Positions 38,310 to 47,040 of a stretch of 64,000 bases of DNA are shown piece after piece. Within the stretch, counting starts at the first letter, position 1; every line of letters begins with the position of its first letter. The notes beneath the pieces were generated by a model. It was not told the DNA's origin and did not search any database. It saw only the letters and a list, made by a program, of their open reading frames with translations. A program made the position numbers and the translations under genes. The stretch comes from Bacteroidales bacterium (lineage in GTDB: Bacteria > Bacteroidota > Bacteroidia > Bacteroidales > UBA932): positions 1,174 to 65,173 of the forward strand of contig JAHHQQ010000010.1 of NCBI GenBank assembly GCA_020026275.1. The letters run 5' to 3'.

Positions 38310-38800
38310 TGGCGAAGAAGGCTCGCGATTCGCCACACATATTGCATAGCTTTACAAACGCAGGATGTCTGGAAAATATTCCACTCAGATCCCTATCTGC
38401 CGGGCATTTTTCACATTGACACTGAAAACTACCTGAAGTACGCAGTCGCCTACACGATCAGGAATCCGACTAATGCCCATTACAGTAAACTGCCTCTCTA
38501 TTTCCCTGGTCCTCTTCCAATCTCTACTTCAACGGAGATATTGACCGCACCGTCAGTCACATCGGCTACCGGACTATCTGCGAACTCGGCAACACCCGGC
38601 CCCTCGAAATCCTCAAATCCCGCCATGACTTTCCCGCCACCTGGTACGTAACTCCGCATGGTTACATCTGACCCGGCAATTCCTTTGCTATCTATCCGCC
38701 ATCAAAAAGGGAAATGTTCAGTAAATGACGAACCAGTTACGGCGCCTCTGCATTCCGGACCAGGAAATGCGGAAACATGCCCAAAAAACTATCCCAGGAA
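38310..38800 (+). pseudogene. Degraded RAYT/IS200-like (HUH Y1) transposase
   Basis: Manual translation: ...HIDTENYLKYAVAYTIRNPTNAHYSKLPLY, frameshift near 38503, PWSSSNLYFNG...FPATWYVTPHGYI*PG (TGA at 38669). The Y-x-x-x-NP...PWSS pattern is RAYT-like; boundaries approximate. Confidence 0.65.
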
Positions 38801-38966
38801 ATACCGAAACCTGTAAGACAATGAACAAAATGATTTGTCTGTCCATAAATGTTGACATGAGGATCGGAAAAAAGGAATGTGAAGTCCCGAGACACCTGCT
38901 TCTCTTTATCGATGAACCTATTTATATGGACATTGAAGCAGACACTATCCCAAAACTTGCAGGTGA

Positions 38967-39276
38967 GTGAACAAGAAATACATCTTGAAATTTCTGAGTG
39001 CGTTCCTTACCCATCCTGTCATCAGATCGGCTTGTTGTTGCATAGGAATTTCCATCATCCTGGTGGTCTGTTCAATGCTGATTCCATAATTTGACATCCT
39101 GGAAAAATGTCGAATTGCCCAAGAACGAAGTGGCTGTAGCTGTTCTGGATATCCTTGTCCTGTCCTCCATTATGTGATTCTGCAATCGAACCAGGGCAAA
39201 ATTCCAGAAAATGGATGACCTCCACAAAATTATCCGTAAATACTCCGCACATCAGGACCTCATCAAGACGAACTGA
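38967..39276 (+). pseudogene. Decayed small membrane-protein-like gene, family unknown
   Basis: Hydrophobic segments (IGISIILVVCSMLIP*; VAVAVLDILVLSSIM*FCNR...) broken by stops and a frameshift. Confidence 0.3.
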
Positions 39277-39301
39277 AAAAGCACGACCCGAAGGCCGTGC
39301 T
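39276..39301 (-). terminator. Terminator after the GH130 gene
   Basis: agcacg...cgtgct stem with an A tract on the left. Confidence 0.65.
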
Positions 39302-39324
39302 CTCTGGGATGCTGCAAGATAACC

Positions 39325-40323
39325 TTACAATATGTTGTTCTTCTTGGTAAATTCGATGATCTCGTCGATGTAACCGAATGCCAGGCCGGTGACTGTGTCG
39401 GCGCAACCATAGTAGACAGCGATACGCTTGGTCTCCGGGTCGTGTAGCGCAGCGCAAGGGAAGCAGACATTGGGAACATCTCCGGTACGTTCGTACAATG
39501 CGGAAGGAGCGAGAAGATAAGTGCCGCTACGGGCAAGTACCTTCCAAGGATCGTCCAGATCCAGCAGTGCGGAACCGAAAGAGTAGCGGAAGCCATTGCA
39601 AGTGTTGATCACACCGTGGTAGATAAGCAGCCAGCCTTCGGAAGTCTCGATAGGAATTGGACCAGCACCGATCTTGGTGCACTGCCATGCGCTTTTTTCG
39701 AATGGCGCCGGACTCATGACATGACGATGGCGACCCCAGAATTCCAAATCAGGAGACTCAGAATAGAAGATATCTCCAAAAGGAGTGTGCCCATTGTCAG
39801 ACGGGCGGGACAACATGGCGAAGTTGCCATGGATCTTGCGAGGGAACATCACACCGTTGCGGTTGAAAGGCAGGAAGGCGTTCTCCATCTGGTGGAAAGT
39901 CTCGAAGTCCTCTGTCCAGGCAACGCCGATGGTCGGACCATGGTAGCCGTTGCACCAGGTGACATAGTATTTGTCTCCAATCTTGCAGACTCTCGGGTCG
40001 TAGCCATATACCCATTCCTTTACTTCAGGAATGTCGCAGTCAAATTCCAAAGTCTCTGGATGGATGTCCCAATGGATGGCATCTTTGGAAAAACCCACAT
40101 GAAGGGTCATGCGGATATTGGTGTCGTCGCATCGGAAGACACCTGCATAGCCGTCCTTGAACGGAACGACAGCTGAGTTGAAGATACTGTTGGAGTTGGG
40201 CAGCAAATCAGCAGGAATCACCGGGTTCCCGGAAAATCTCCACATGATGTTGTCGTTTCCCTCCGGGCGGTCTTCCCAAGGCATGTCAGGAAGCGGATTG
40301 CCCACAATTTTAAGTGTGTCCAT
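39325..40323 (-). CDS. GH130 beta-mannoside phosphorylase (mannosyl-GlcNAc / manno-oligosaccharide type)
   Basis: [57 protein letters not shown]. Confidence 0.93.
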   Translation of the reverse strand: MDTLKIVGNPLPDMPWEDRPEGNDNIMWRFSGNPVIPADLLPNSNSIFNSAVVPFKDGYAGVFRCDDTNIRMTLHVGFSKDAIHWDIHPETLEFDCDIPEVKEWVYGYDPRVCKIGDKYYVTWCNGYHGPTIGVAWTEDFETFHQMENAFLPFNRNGVMFPRKIHGNFAMLSRPSDNGHTPFGDIFYSESPDLEFWGRHRHVMSPAPFEKSAWQCTKIGAGPIPIETSEGWLLIYHGVINTCNGFRYSFGSALLDLDDPWKVLARSGTYLLAPSALYERTGDVPNVCFPCAALHDPETKRIAVYYGCADTVTGLAFGYIDEIIEFTKKNNIL

Positions 40324-40355
40324 GTTTGAAATTTTATTTAGTTGTGTACAATTTG

Positions 40356-41669
40356 TCAGGCCTCTTTGGCGGCGTTTCCTTCCTCATTGTGGGTGAAAGG
40401 AATGCAGGTGCTCATGATGAATACTGGAATGGTGGCGAGCATCACGACGAGGAAGAAAGTCTTGTAACCCATCATGTCGCTCAACCAGCCGGAAGGCATA
40501 CCTGTCAGCATTACAGACAAGTTCATGATTCCCGAAGCAATGGCATAATGCGCCATCTGGTAAGGCCCCGGAGCGACTTGTTGCATCATGAACAAGGTCA
40601 GACCTACAAATCCGAATCCGTAGCCGAAGTACTCAAATACAATGCCAGTGCCAATCAGCCAGACATTGTCCGGCTGGAACCATGCCAGAGCCGCATAAAC
40701 AAGGAATGGCAGGTTGAAGATGCAGACCAGGGAGAACAATGCTTTCTTCAAGCCTCTGGAAGAGATGTAGTAACCTGCCAGCAGGGACCCCAGAACGAAT
40801 GCGGCGGCACCGAAGGTTCCATACAGGATACCGATCATCTGTTCGCTCAGCCCTAGACCGCCGGCGGCCACATCCGCTTTCAGGAACAGTGGCACAATCT
40901 TCATCACGAAGCCCTCACCGAGACGGTAAAGGATGATGAAAGCGATGTAGAGCCAGATGTATTTCTTTTGGAAGAAACTCCTGATGACCACTTTCAACTC
41001 CTCCCAGGCATTTTCCTGGACTTTCACACGAGGAGCATTGTTGGGAAGAGCCTTGGTATGATAGAGTGAAAGCAGTACCAGCATGGCACTTGCTGCCAGC
41101 ATGATGATGGTCCAGGCATTGGCGGCCGGATTGGCTGTTCCCACTACTTTGTAATGGTCAATCAGCACGCCGGCGATATAGACCAGCAGGCCGGTTGCCA
41201 CCAGTTTGGCCACGTTGTAGAAGGCACCTTGCCAACCGATGTACTTCGCTTGGTCCTGGGAAGACAGTTCCGCCATATAGAGGCCGTCCAGAGCCACATC
41301 ATGGGTGGCACCGCTGAAAGCGACCACTGTCAGTACGGCAATGCAGATGGCAAAGAATTGCGGTATATGCAGGAAAAGGGCGATCAGTCCGAAACCGATA
41401 CCGCAAAGCATCTGGGTCAGGACTACAATTGATTTTTTTGAGCCCAGCATCTCGAGGAAAGGACTCCATAGGAATTTGATGGTCCAAGGAAACATGATGA
41501 TGGAAGTCCATAAGGTAATCTGGGCATCTTCCACTCCCATACCTTTGAACATCAGTACGCAGACCATGTTCAGCATGACAAATGGTAGTCCCATTGCAAA
41601 ATAGGCACTTGGAACCCATGTCAAAGGGGAATGTTTCTTTTGGGAGGCAGTATTAGTTTCAGTATTCAT
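40356..41669 (-). CDS. AmpG-like MFS transporter
   Basis: [34 protein letters not shown]; about 12 TM segments. Confidence 0.9.
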   Translation of the reverse strand: MNTETNTASQKKHSPLTWVPSAYFAMGLPFVMLNMVCVLMFKGMGVEDAQITLWTSIIMFPWTIKFLWSPFLEMLGSKKSIVVLTQMLCGIGFGLIALFLHIPQFFAICIAVLTVVAFSGATHDVALDGLYMAELSSQDQAKYIGWQGAFYNVAKLVATGLLVYIAGVLIDHYKVVGTANPAANAWTIIMLAASAMLVLLSLYHTKALPNNAPRVKVQENAWEELKVVIRSFFQKKYIWLYIAFIILYRLGEGFVMKIVPLFLKADVAAGGLGLSEQMIGILYGTFGAAAFVLGSLLAGYYISSRGLKKALFSLVCIFNLPFLVYAALAWFQPDNVWLIGTGIVFEYFGYGFGFVGLTLFMMQQVAPGPYQMAHYAIASGIMNLSVMLTGMPSGWLSDMMGYKTFFLVVMLATIPVFIMSTCIPFTHNEEGNAAKEA

Positions 41670-41695
41670 GTATGATGGGATTGCATCAAGCGATT

Positions 41696-41728
41696 ACGGG
41701 AAAATTCAGGTACTCTGAATTTTCCCGT
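41696..41728. terminator. Hairpin between the S9 peptidase and MFS genes
   Basis: acgggaaaattcag / ctgaattttcccgt, a 14-bp perfect stem without a long U tract. Confidence 0.6.
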
Positions 41729-41745
41729 GAAGCGCATAAATTTGT

Positions 41746-44067
41746 TTATTTGATATTCTTGCACCATCTGTCCAGCCACTCGAAGTAGCTTCTGTGCCAG
41801 AACAGGGCGTTCTGAGGTTCAAGGATCCAGTGGTTTTCAGTAGGGAACACAATCAGTTTGGAAGGAACTCCCATCATCTGTGCGCAGTTGAATGCTGCCA
41901 TTCCCTGGCTGTAAGGGATACGGAAGTCCATGCCGCCGTGGATGCAGAGGATAGGAGTGTTCCACTCAGTGACATTTGCCGCAGGGGAATTGCTGTAATG
42001 TCTTACGGCCAGACGGCTGGCGCTCCAAGGAGAACCTGCCTGCTGCATGCCGCCGAAGGTGATGCCGTCGCCGGCAGAACCCATCTGTCCCGGAGTGTAG
42101 CTGTATTCGCGGAGACCGCCGTTGTCCCAGTTAGGGAACCACATCTCTTCAGTTACATAATAGAGGTATGCTTCATCGAAGATACCAGCATGGGAGATGA
42201 AGCAGTCGTAGGTGTTCTTGTGGATACCTGCCAGATAGTAGGCGGAGTAGCCACCGTAACTTGCACCGCAACCGGCAAGCTTGCCGATGTAAGGCTCTTT
42301 CTTCATGACTTTGGCGGCCTGCAGATAATCCAGCATGTTCTGGCCGATGTAGTCACCGGAAATCTGCTCTGTCCATTCCTGACCGAATGCAGTTGTGCCG
42401 CGTCTGTTAGGAAGGATGACAATGTAGTCCCGGTTGCACATGAGACGGTAGTTCCATCTGTAAGACCAGCTCTGGCTCAAAGTGCCCTGAGGACCACCCA
42501 GCAGAATCTCAATGGCAGGGTAAACCTTGTTCTTGTCAAACTGAGGAGGGTAGAGCACCCAAGTCAGCATATCTTTGCCATCGGTAGTCTTGATCATTCT
42601 GGCTTCGGTTTCGTGTCCTGCCAACTGGGACAGGATGTGCTCGTTCTCATGAGTGATCTGTTTGATTTCACCATTCTTCACAGCCACCAGCTCGGTAGGG
42701 AAGTCCATGCTGCAATAGCTGGTGAGCAGCGTGCCGTCCTCCAGCACTGCAAATGGAGAATCGAAATCGTACCACAGATCCTTGCCGGTCAATCTCTGGA
42801 TGGTCGGAGTGATCTGGGCAATCTGAGGGGCCTGAACGGAACCTTCAACCTCTTCCACCTTCTTGCCGTCGAGTTCCACGCCCTTCACGTCCTCCACTTT
42901 CACGGAGAAGATGCCCTGCAGACCTTCGCAGAGGGAATTGAAATAGATGGACTGGGAATCCTCTGCCCAGACCGGACCCACTGCATTGTACTTGAATCCG
43001 GCGGTCAGATCTCTGATGCCGCTGGCCTTTCCGTCAGCGAAATCAGCTACCATCAGACGAGTCTTGTCAGCCTCGTAACCGTTTCTGGCCATGCTGATCC
43101 AAGCGATCTTGCTGCCGTCTGGACTCCAGACCGGATCGGTATCGTAACCACCTGCCATCGGGATGGAAGTGGTTTCCTGAGTCTCCACGTTGAAGAAGTA
43201 GATTTCGGTATCTGTAGAGAAAGCGTATTCTTTGCCGCTGAGTTTCTTGCAGCTGTAAGCCACGTATTTTCCGTCAGGGCTCCAGCAGAGCTGCTCGATG
43301 CCGCTGAACGGTTCGGCAGGCAGTTCATATTTGACTTCCGGACCTCCCAAAAGGTCAATGGAATTGGCCAGAGTGACAGGTTGGGCGGTGCGGTTCTCTT
43401 TCTGGATCTCCTCTTCAGGCCAAGGAGCTACATAAGTGTGAGGCAGCTCGGTGGTCCAATGGTCCCAATGTCTGTACATCAGGTCCTCAGTGACATAAGC
43501 CTGAGCCTTGTCCAGAGCCGGATCGAAATCCTTCGGAGTCTTCACATTGCCCTTCACAGTGCTCACGAAAAGCACCTGCTTGGAATCTGGAGAAAGCTTG
43601 AACTCCCTGACACCATTCGGAATGTGGGTCATCTGGTTGCGTTCGCCCAGACGATACTGTCCGTTCTTCACGCCCATCAAGACGGCAGACCAGATCTGTC
43701 CGTTCTGGATATAATAGATGCGTCTTCCGTCATTGGACCAGCGGGCATTGGTGATGCTTTTCCCCTCGTGTGTGATCTGATTTACATTCTGCCCGTCTGT
43801 ATCGCAGAGGAAAATGTTCCTGCAACTTTTGTTGCCGGAAATGGAATTGTAGCTGACTCCATAGAGAATCTTGGAGCCATCGGGAGAAAGTTGTGCATCA
43901 GAGAGTCTTCCAAAGGAAAGCAGGACTTCCGGTGTCATCCTGCCATCTTCCACTTTGATGTCAGAGCGACCGATGTATCCACTTTTGATTTGTTCTTTGT
44001 TCATGCATCCTGTAAATGTTAGTGCGCATAAGGCCAAGGCCATCGTGACTTTTGATTTTTGAAACAT
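41746..44067 (-). CDS. S9 family (DPP5-like) peptidase, predicted lipoprotein
   Basis: Lipobox LTFTGC, PD40-like WSPDG repeats, GGPQG, GASYGGY nucleophile, DFRIP, ENHW. Confidence 0.92.
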   Translation of the reverse strand: MFQKSKVTMALALCALTFTGCMNKEQIKSGYIGRSDIKVEDGRMTPEVLLSFGRLSDAQLSPDGSKILYGVSYNSISGNKSCRNIFLCDTDGQNVNQITHEGKSITNARWSNDGRRIYYIQNGQIWSAVLMGVKNGQYRLGERNQMTHIPNGVREFKLSPDSKQVLFVSTVKGNVKTPKDFDPALDKAQAYVTEDLMYRHWDHWTTELPHTYVAPWPEEEIQKENRTAQPVTLANSIDLLGGPEVKYELPAEPFSGIEQLCWSPDGKYVAYSCKKLSGKEYAFSTDTEIYFFNVETQETTSIPMAGGYDTDPVWSPDGSKIAWISMARNGYEADKTRLMVADFADGKASGIRDLTAGFKYNAVGPVWAEDSQSIYFNSLCEGLQGIFSVKVEDVKGVELDGKKVEEVEGSVQAPQIAQITPTIQRLTGKDLWYDFDSPFAVLEDGTLLTSYCSMDFPTELVAVKNGEIKQITHENEHILSQLAGHETEARMIKTTDGKDMLTWVLYPPQFDKNKVYPAIEILLGGPQGTLSQSWSYRWNYRLMCNRDYIVILPNRRGTTAFGQEWTEQISGDYIGQNMLDYLQAAKVMKKEPYIGKLAGCGASYGGYSAYYLAGIHKNTYDCFISHAGIFDEAYLYYVTEEMWFPNWDNGGLREYSYTPGQMGSAGDGITFGGMQQAGSPWSASRLAVRHYSNSPAANVTEWNTPILCIHGGMDFRIPYSQGMAAFNCAQMMGVPSKLIVFPTENHWILEPQNALFWHRSYFEWLDRWCKNIK

Positions 44068-44095
44068 AGCGTTATATGTAGTTTGTTGTTTTTTT

Positions 44096-45040
44096 CTATC
44101 CGTCTTGGTTCCCGTCATAGAACGATGCCATTTCCCGGACGGTCTCAGCCATCCTTTTTTTCAAGGAGGCAGGACTCAAAACCAGAATTTTGTCCATGTG
44201 CCTGCAGAACTCCTGCAGCAGACTGTAGTTGGGCGCGACAGTAATCTCGTACACGACCTTCATCTCTTCCGGAAGAGGCAGCAGCTCCTTTGGAACTGAT
44301 TCCAGCTTGCGTTGGCTCTCATGAATCGGCAGGTCATCCAAGAAATTGGCTTCTGAATGGGTCGTCGCGAACAAGATCCGCTCCACCCGGATGGAATCGT
44401 CCTTGTAGACACCGAAGGAATTGGCGAAATATGCCTCCACATCCCAATCGCCCGGGAAAGTGAACTGCACCTCCGTCTCCTGGATATCGCAGATTCGGTC
44501 CAGACCATAGACACGGATGCTCTTCCGCTCCTCGCTCCAGCCGATCAGATACCAGCGCTTCAGGAACTCCTTGAGCGCGTAAGGACGGATATGATATGTG
44601 TCCGAATGGGTCTGATTGTATTTGTGGTAGGAAATTTGGACGACATGCCCCTCCAGCATCGCATTCATGAGGACCGTCAGATATTTCTGACCGGACGGGA
44701 TATTCTCTACGGCGATACGGCCCGAAAGCCGCTCCTTGCCCATCTCCAGCAGACTGTTGACTGTAAACGTATTGATGAGCCACTGCGAATTGGCCTGCTC
44801 ATCCGAAACGTCATCCGAATGTTCGATGAAATAGCAGTTGGTGGACCGGTCACAGTGAATCTTGATGTTGAAAATCTCCTCAATCTGTTCCCTGTGATTA
44901 TGGAAAGTCTTTCTGGAATATTCACCTCCCCATCTGCTGTGCCATCTGGACTGAATTTGTTCCAAAGTAAGTCCAGTATTGCCGTAACGGAGAAGAGTCT
45001 GTATAATCCAAATGTATTTGTTGATCAGTTCGGCTACCAT
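44096..45040 (-). CDS. WYL-domain transcriptional regulator
   Basis: N-terminal wHTH (YIWIIQTL...SRKTFHNHR), PYALKEFLKRWYLIG, YGLDRI, PIHESQ. Confidence 0.92.
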   Translation of the reverse strand: MVAELINKYIWIIQTLLRYGNTGLTLEQIQSRWHSRWGGEYSRKTFHNHREQIEEIFNIKIHCDRSTNCYFIEHSDDVSDEQANSQWLINTFTVNSLLEMGKERLSGRIAVENIPSGQKYLTVLMNAMLEGHVVQISYHKYNQTHSDTYHIRPYALKEFLKRWYLIGWSEERKSIRVYGLDRICDIQETEVQFTFPGDWDVEAYFANSFGVYKDDSIRVERILFATTHSEANFLDDLPIHESQRKLESVPKELLPLPEEMKVVYEITVAPNYSLLQEFCRHMDKILVLSPASLKKRMAETVREMASFYDGNQDG

Positions 45041-45257
45041 AATCAAATTATTGCTATAATAATGCAAGATACTAAGAAAATCTCAATTAATAGTTCCTGT
45101 CAACGCTTTTTATTGCATGAAATCTCCCTTGCGGGAAATGTCGCTGTATTTTGAAAGGTTTTCTGGCGGCATATCATGGTAAATACTTAATTATCCATTA
45201 TATTTAGACCTCGAAACCGCATAAGACGACAAATCAGAAAAAAAGACATATTGAAAT

Positions 45258-47036
45258 ATGAAAATGGTCACAATGAACTTCCGCTCCACTCTTTTGAGCA
45301 TGCTGACAGGAATTCTGTCACTCTGCTCATTCTCACTCTCCGCTCAAGATATCCAATGGTTCAACCCTCAGAAAACGGACCAGCCGTGCATCCAGCAGAG
45401 AGGCTGGGCCAAAGAGATGAAAAACGCTTATGCCCGTGTCCCAGAAAGAATGGAAGGCGTCATCAGAAAAGAAGTGTACAGCCTCTCCCGCAATTCGGCC
45501 GGGCTGTCCATCCACTTCTTCACCAATTCTCCGACTATCCATATCCGGTACAAAGTCGTGGGTGGAATCAGCATGCCCCACATGCCGGCTACTGGAGTCT
45601 CTGGAATTGACCTTTACAACATCGACAAGCAAGGACAATGGGAATACCGTTACACCTCCACCTATCAATTTGGAAAATGGGTGGAAGGCAAAGTGGCGGA
45701 CGGTGTGAAACAGCCTTCCGGCACTCAATGCGAATATGTCTTCAGGGGCTTGGACCAGAGCAATGAATCCGAATACCGTCTCTATTTCCCATTGTACAAC
45801 GTTGTCTCTGAAATGGAAATAGGCGTGGAACAAGGCAGTATCTTCAAAGTCGCACCCGTCCGCAAAGAAAAACCGATTGTCGTTTATGGCACTTCTGTTA
45901 CTCAAGGAGCATGTGCCTCAAGACCTGGAAATGCCTGGACCAACATGGTCTCCCGGCGGATGGACTGGCCGGTCATCAACCTCGGCTTCTCCGGCTTCGG
46001 TAGGCTCGACCCCGAATTCATCGATCTCATCAGTGAAATAGATGCTGCCATCTTTGTGCTGGACTGCAACGGCAACCTCAATCTCAACTCCTGTGAGAAA
46101 AATGTGGAACTCGTCAAGGACGCTGTCCGGAAACTCCGTGCCGCCCATCCAGATACTCCAATCTTGATTTCAGATTTCCCAGGTTACGCCTTTCAGCGTC
46201 ACGGACATGGAGTCAATTCCGCCACTCGTGCTGCCTACGACGAAATTCACCTTGAAGGAGACCGGCTCTACTACCTCTCCTGCGAGGAACAAGCAGAACC
46301 GCTGGACGGAAAAGTAGATGGCATCCATCCCAACGATCTGGGAATGAATGCCATCGCCAACGCATTCGAAGCCAAATTCAGAGAAATCCTGCATCAGCCG
46401 GTGGGTGCCATTTCTACCCAGATTCCCGTCACCCAGCGCCGCGACATCCTGTTCTACGGTTGGATGGAACGTCACAACTCCATTCTGGAGGGCATTCAGG
46501 CAGCAGCTCCTCGCAATGTGATCCTGGGCGATTCAATCACCCAATATTGGGGTGGTTTCGAAAGCCGCTCCAACGGACCGGAAACTTGGAGAAAATACAT
46601 GGAATCCGCTGCCTACAGGAACATGGGGTATGGGTGGGATTATGTGGAAAACCTGCTCTGGCGAGTCTATCATGGCGAACTGGACGGCTTCCAGGCAGAG
46701 AATATTCTGGTCAATATCGGCACCAACAATCTCGGGAAAGATAATGACGAGGATATTGTCAAAGGCATCCATTTCCTGCTCGATGAAATCCGTTGCCGCC
46801 AGCCGCAGGCCAGTATCAAATTTGTTGGAATCTTTCCACGGCGAGGACGTGAAGAGCGGGTGACTGCCCTAAATCGTGCTATCCAGGAAGAGATAGAACC
46901 GGCAGGCTATGGATTTTTGGACTGCGGCGACTGTCTGGTTCAAAAAAACGGGAAGATTGTCGAGGGATATTTTATTGACGGCCTGCATCCAAACGAAAAA
47001 GGCTACAGGCGGATAGCCCATAAAATCTTTAAATAG
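45258..47036 (+). CDS. Secreted tandem SGNH/GDSL esterase (GxDLY N-domain plus two SGNH domains)
   Basis: SGIDLY; YGTSVTQG...DGIHPND; LGDSITQYW...NIGTNN...DGLHPNE. Confidence 0.9.
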   Translation: MKMVTMNFRSTLLSMLTGILSLCSFSLSAQDIQWFNPQKTDQPCIQQRGWAKEMKNAYARVPERMEGVIRKEVYSLSRNSAGLSIHFFTNSPTIHIRYKVVGGISMPHMPATGVSGIDLYNIDKQGQWEYRYTSTYQFGKWVEGKVADGVKQPSGTQCEYVFRGLDQSNESEYRLYFPLYNVVSEMEIGVEQGSIFKVAPVRKEKPIVVYGTSVTQGACASRPGNAWTNMVSRRMDWPVINLGFSGFGRLDPEFIDLISEIDAAIFVLDCNGNLNLNSCEKNVELVKDAVRKLRAAHPDTPILISDFPGYAFQRHGHGVNSATRAAYDEIHLEGDRLYYLSCEEQAEPLDGKVDGIHPNDLGMNAIANAFEAKFREILHQPVGAISTQIPVTQRRDILFYGWMERHNSILEGIQAAAPRNVILGDSITQYWGGFESRSNGPETWRKYMESAAYRNMGYGWDYVENLLWRVYHGELDGFQAENILVNIGTNNLGKDNDEDIVKGIHFLLDEIRCRQPQASIKFVGIFPRRGREERVTALNRAIQEEIEPAGYGFLDCGDCLVQKNGKIVEGYFIDGLHPNEKGYRRIAHKIFK

Positions 47037-47040
47037 GGAA

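Noticed and set aside
38063..39324. Possible tRNA-integrated island or prophage
   Set aside because: No integrase, no att duplication and no phage genes; only decayed fragments.
41794..44022. 742-aa plus-strand ORF
   Set aside because: Antisense shadow of the S9 peptidase. The same applies to 14599-15744, 22152-23393, 23455-24789, 53792-55072, 55824-57266, 57537-58835, 59185-60834 and 61443-62753.
44096..45040. WYL gene as a marker of an anti-phage island
   Set aside because: Neighbours are a peptidase and an esterase; no nuclease, methylase or other defence gene nearby.
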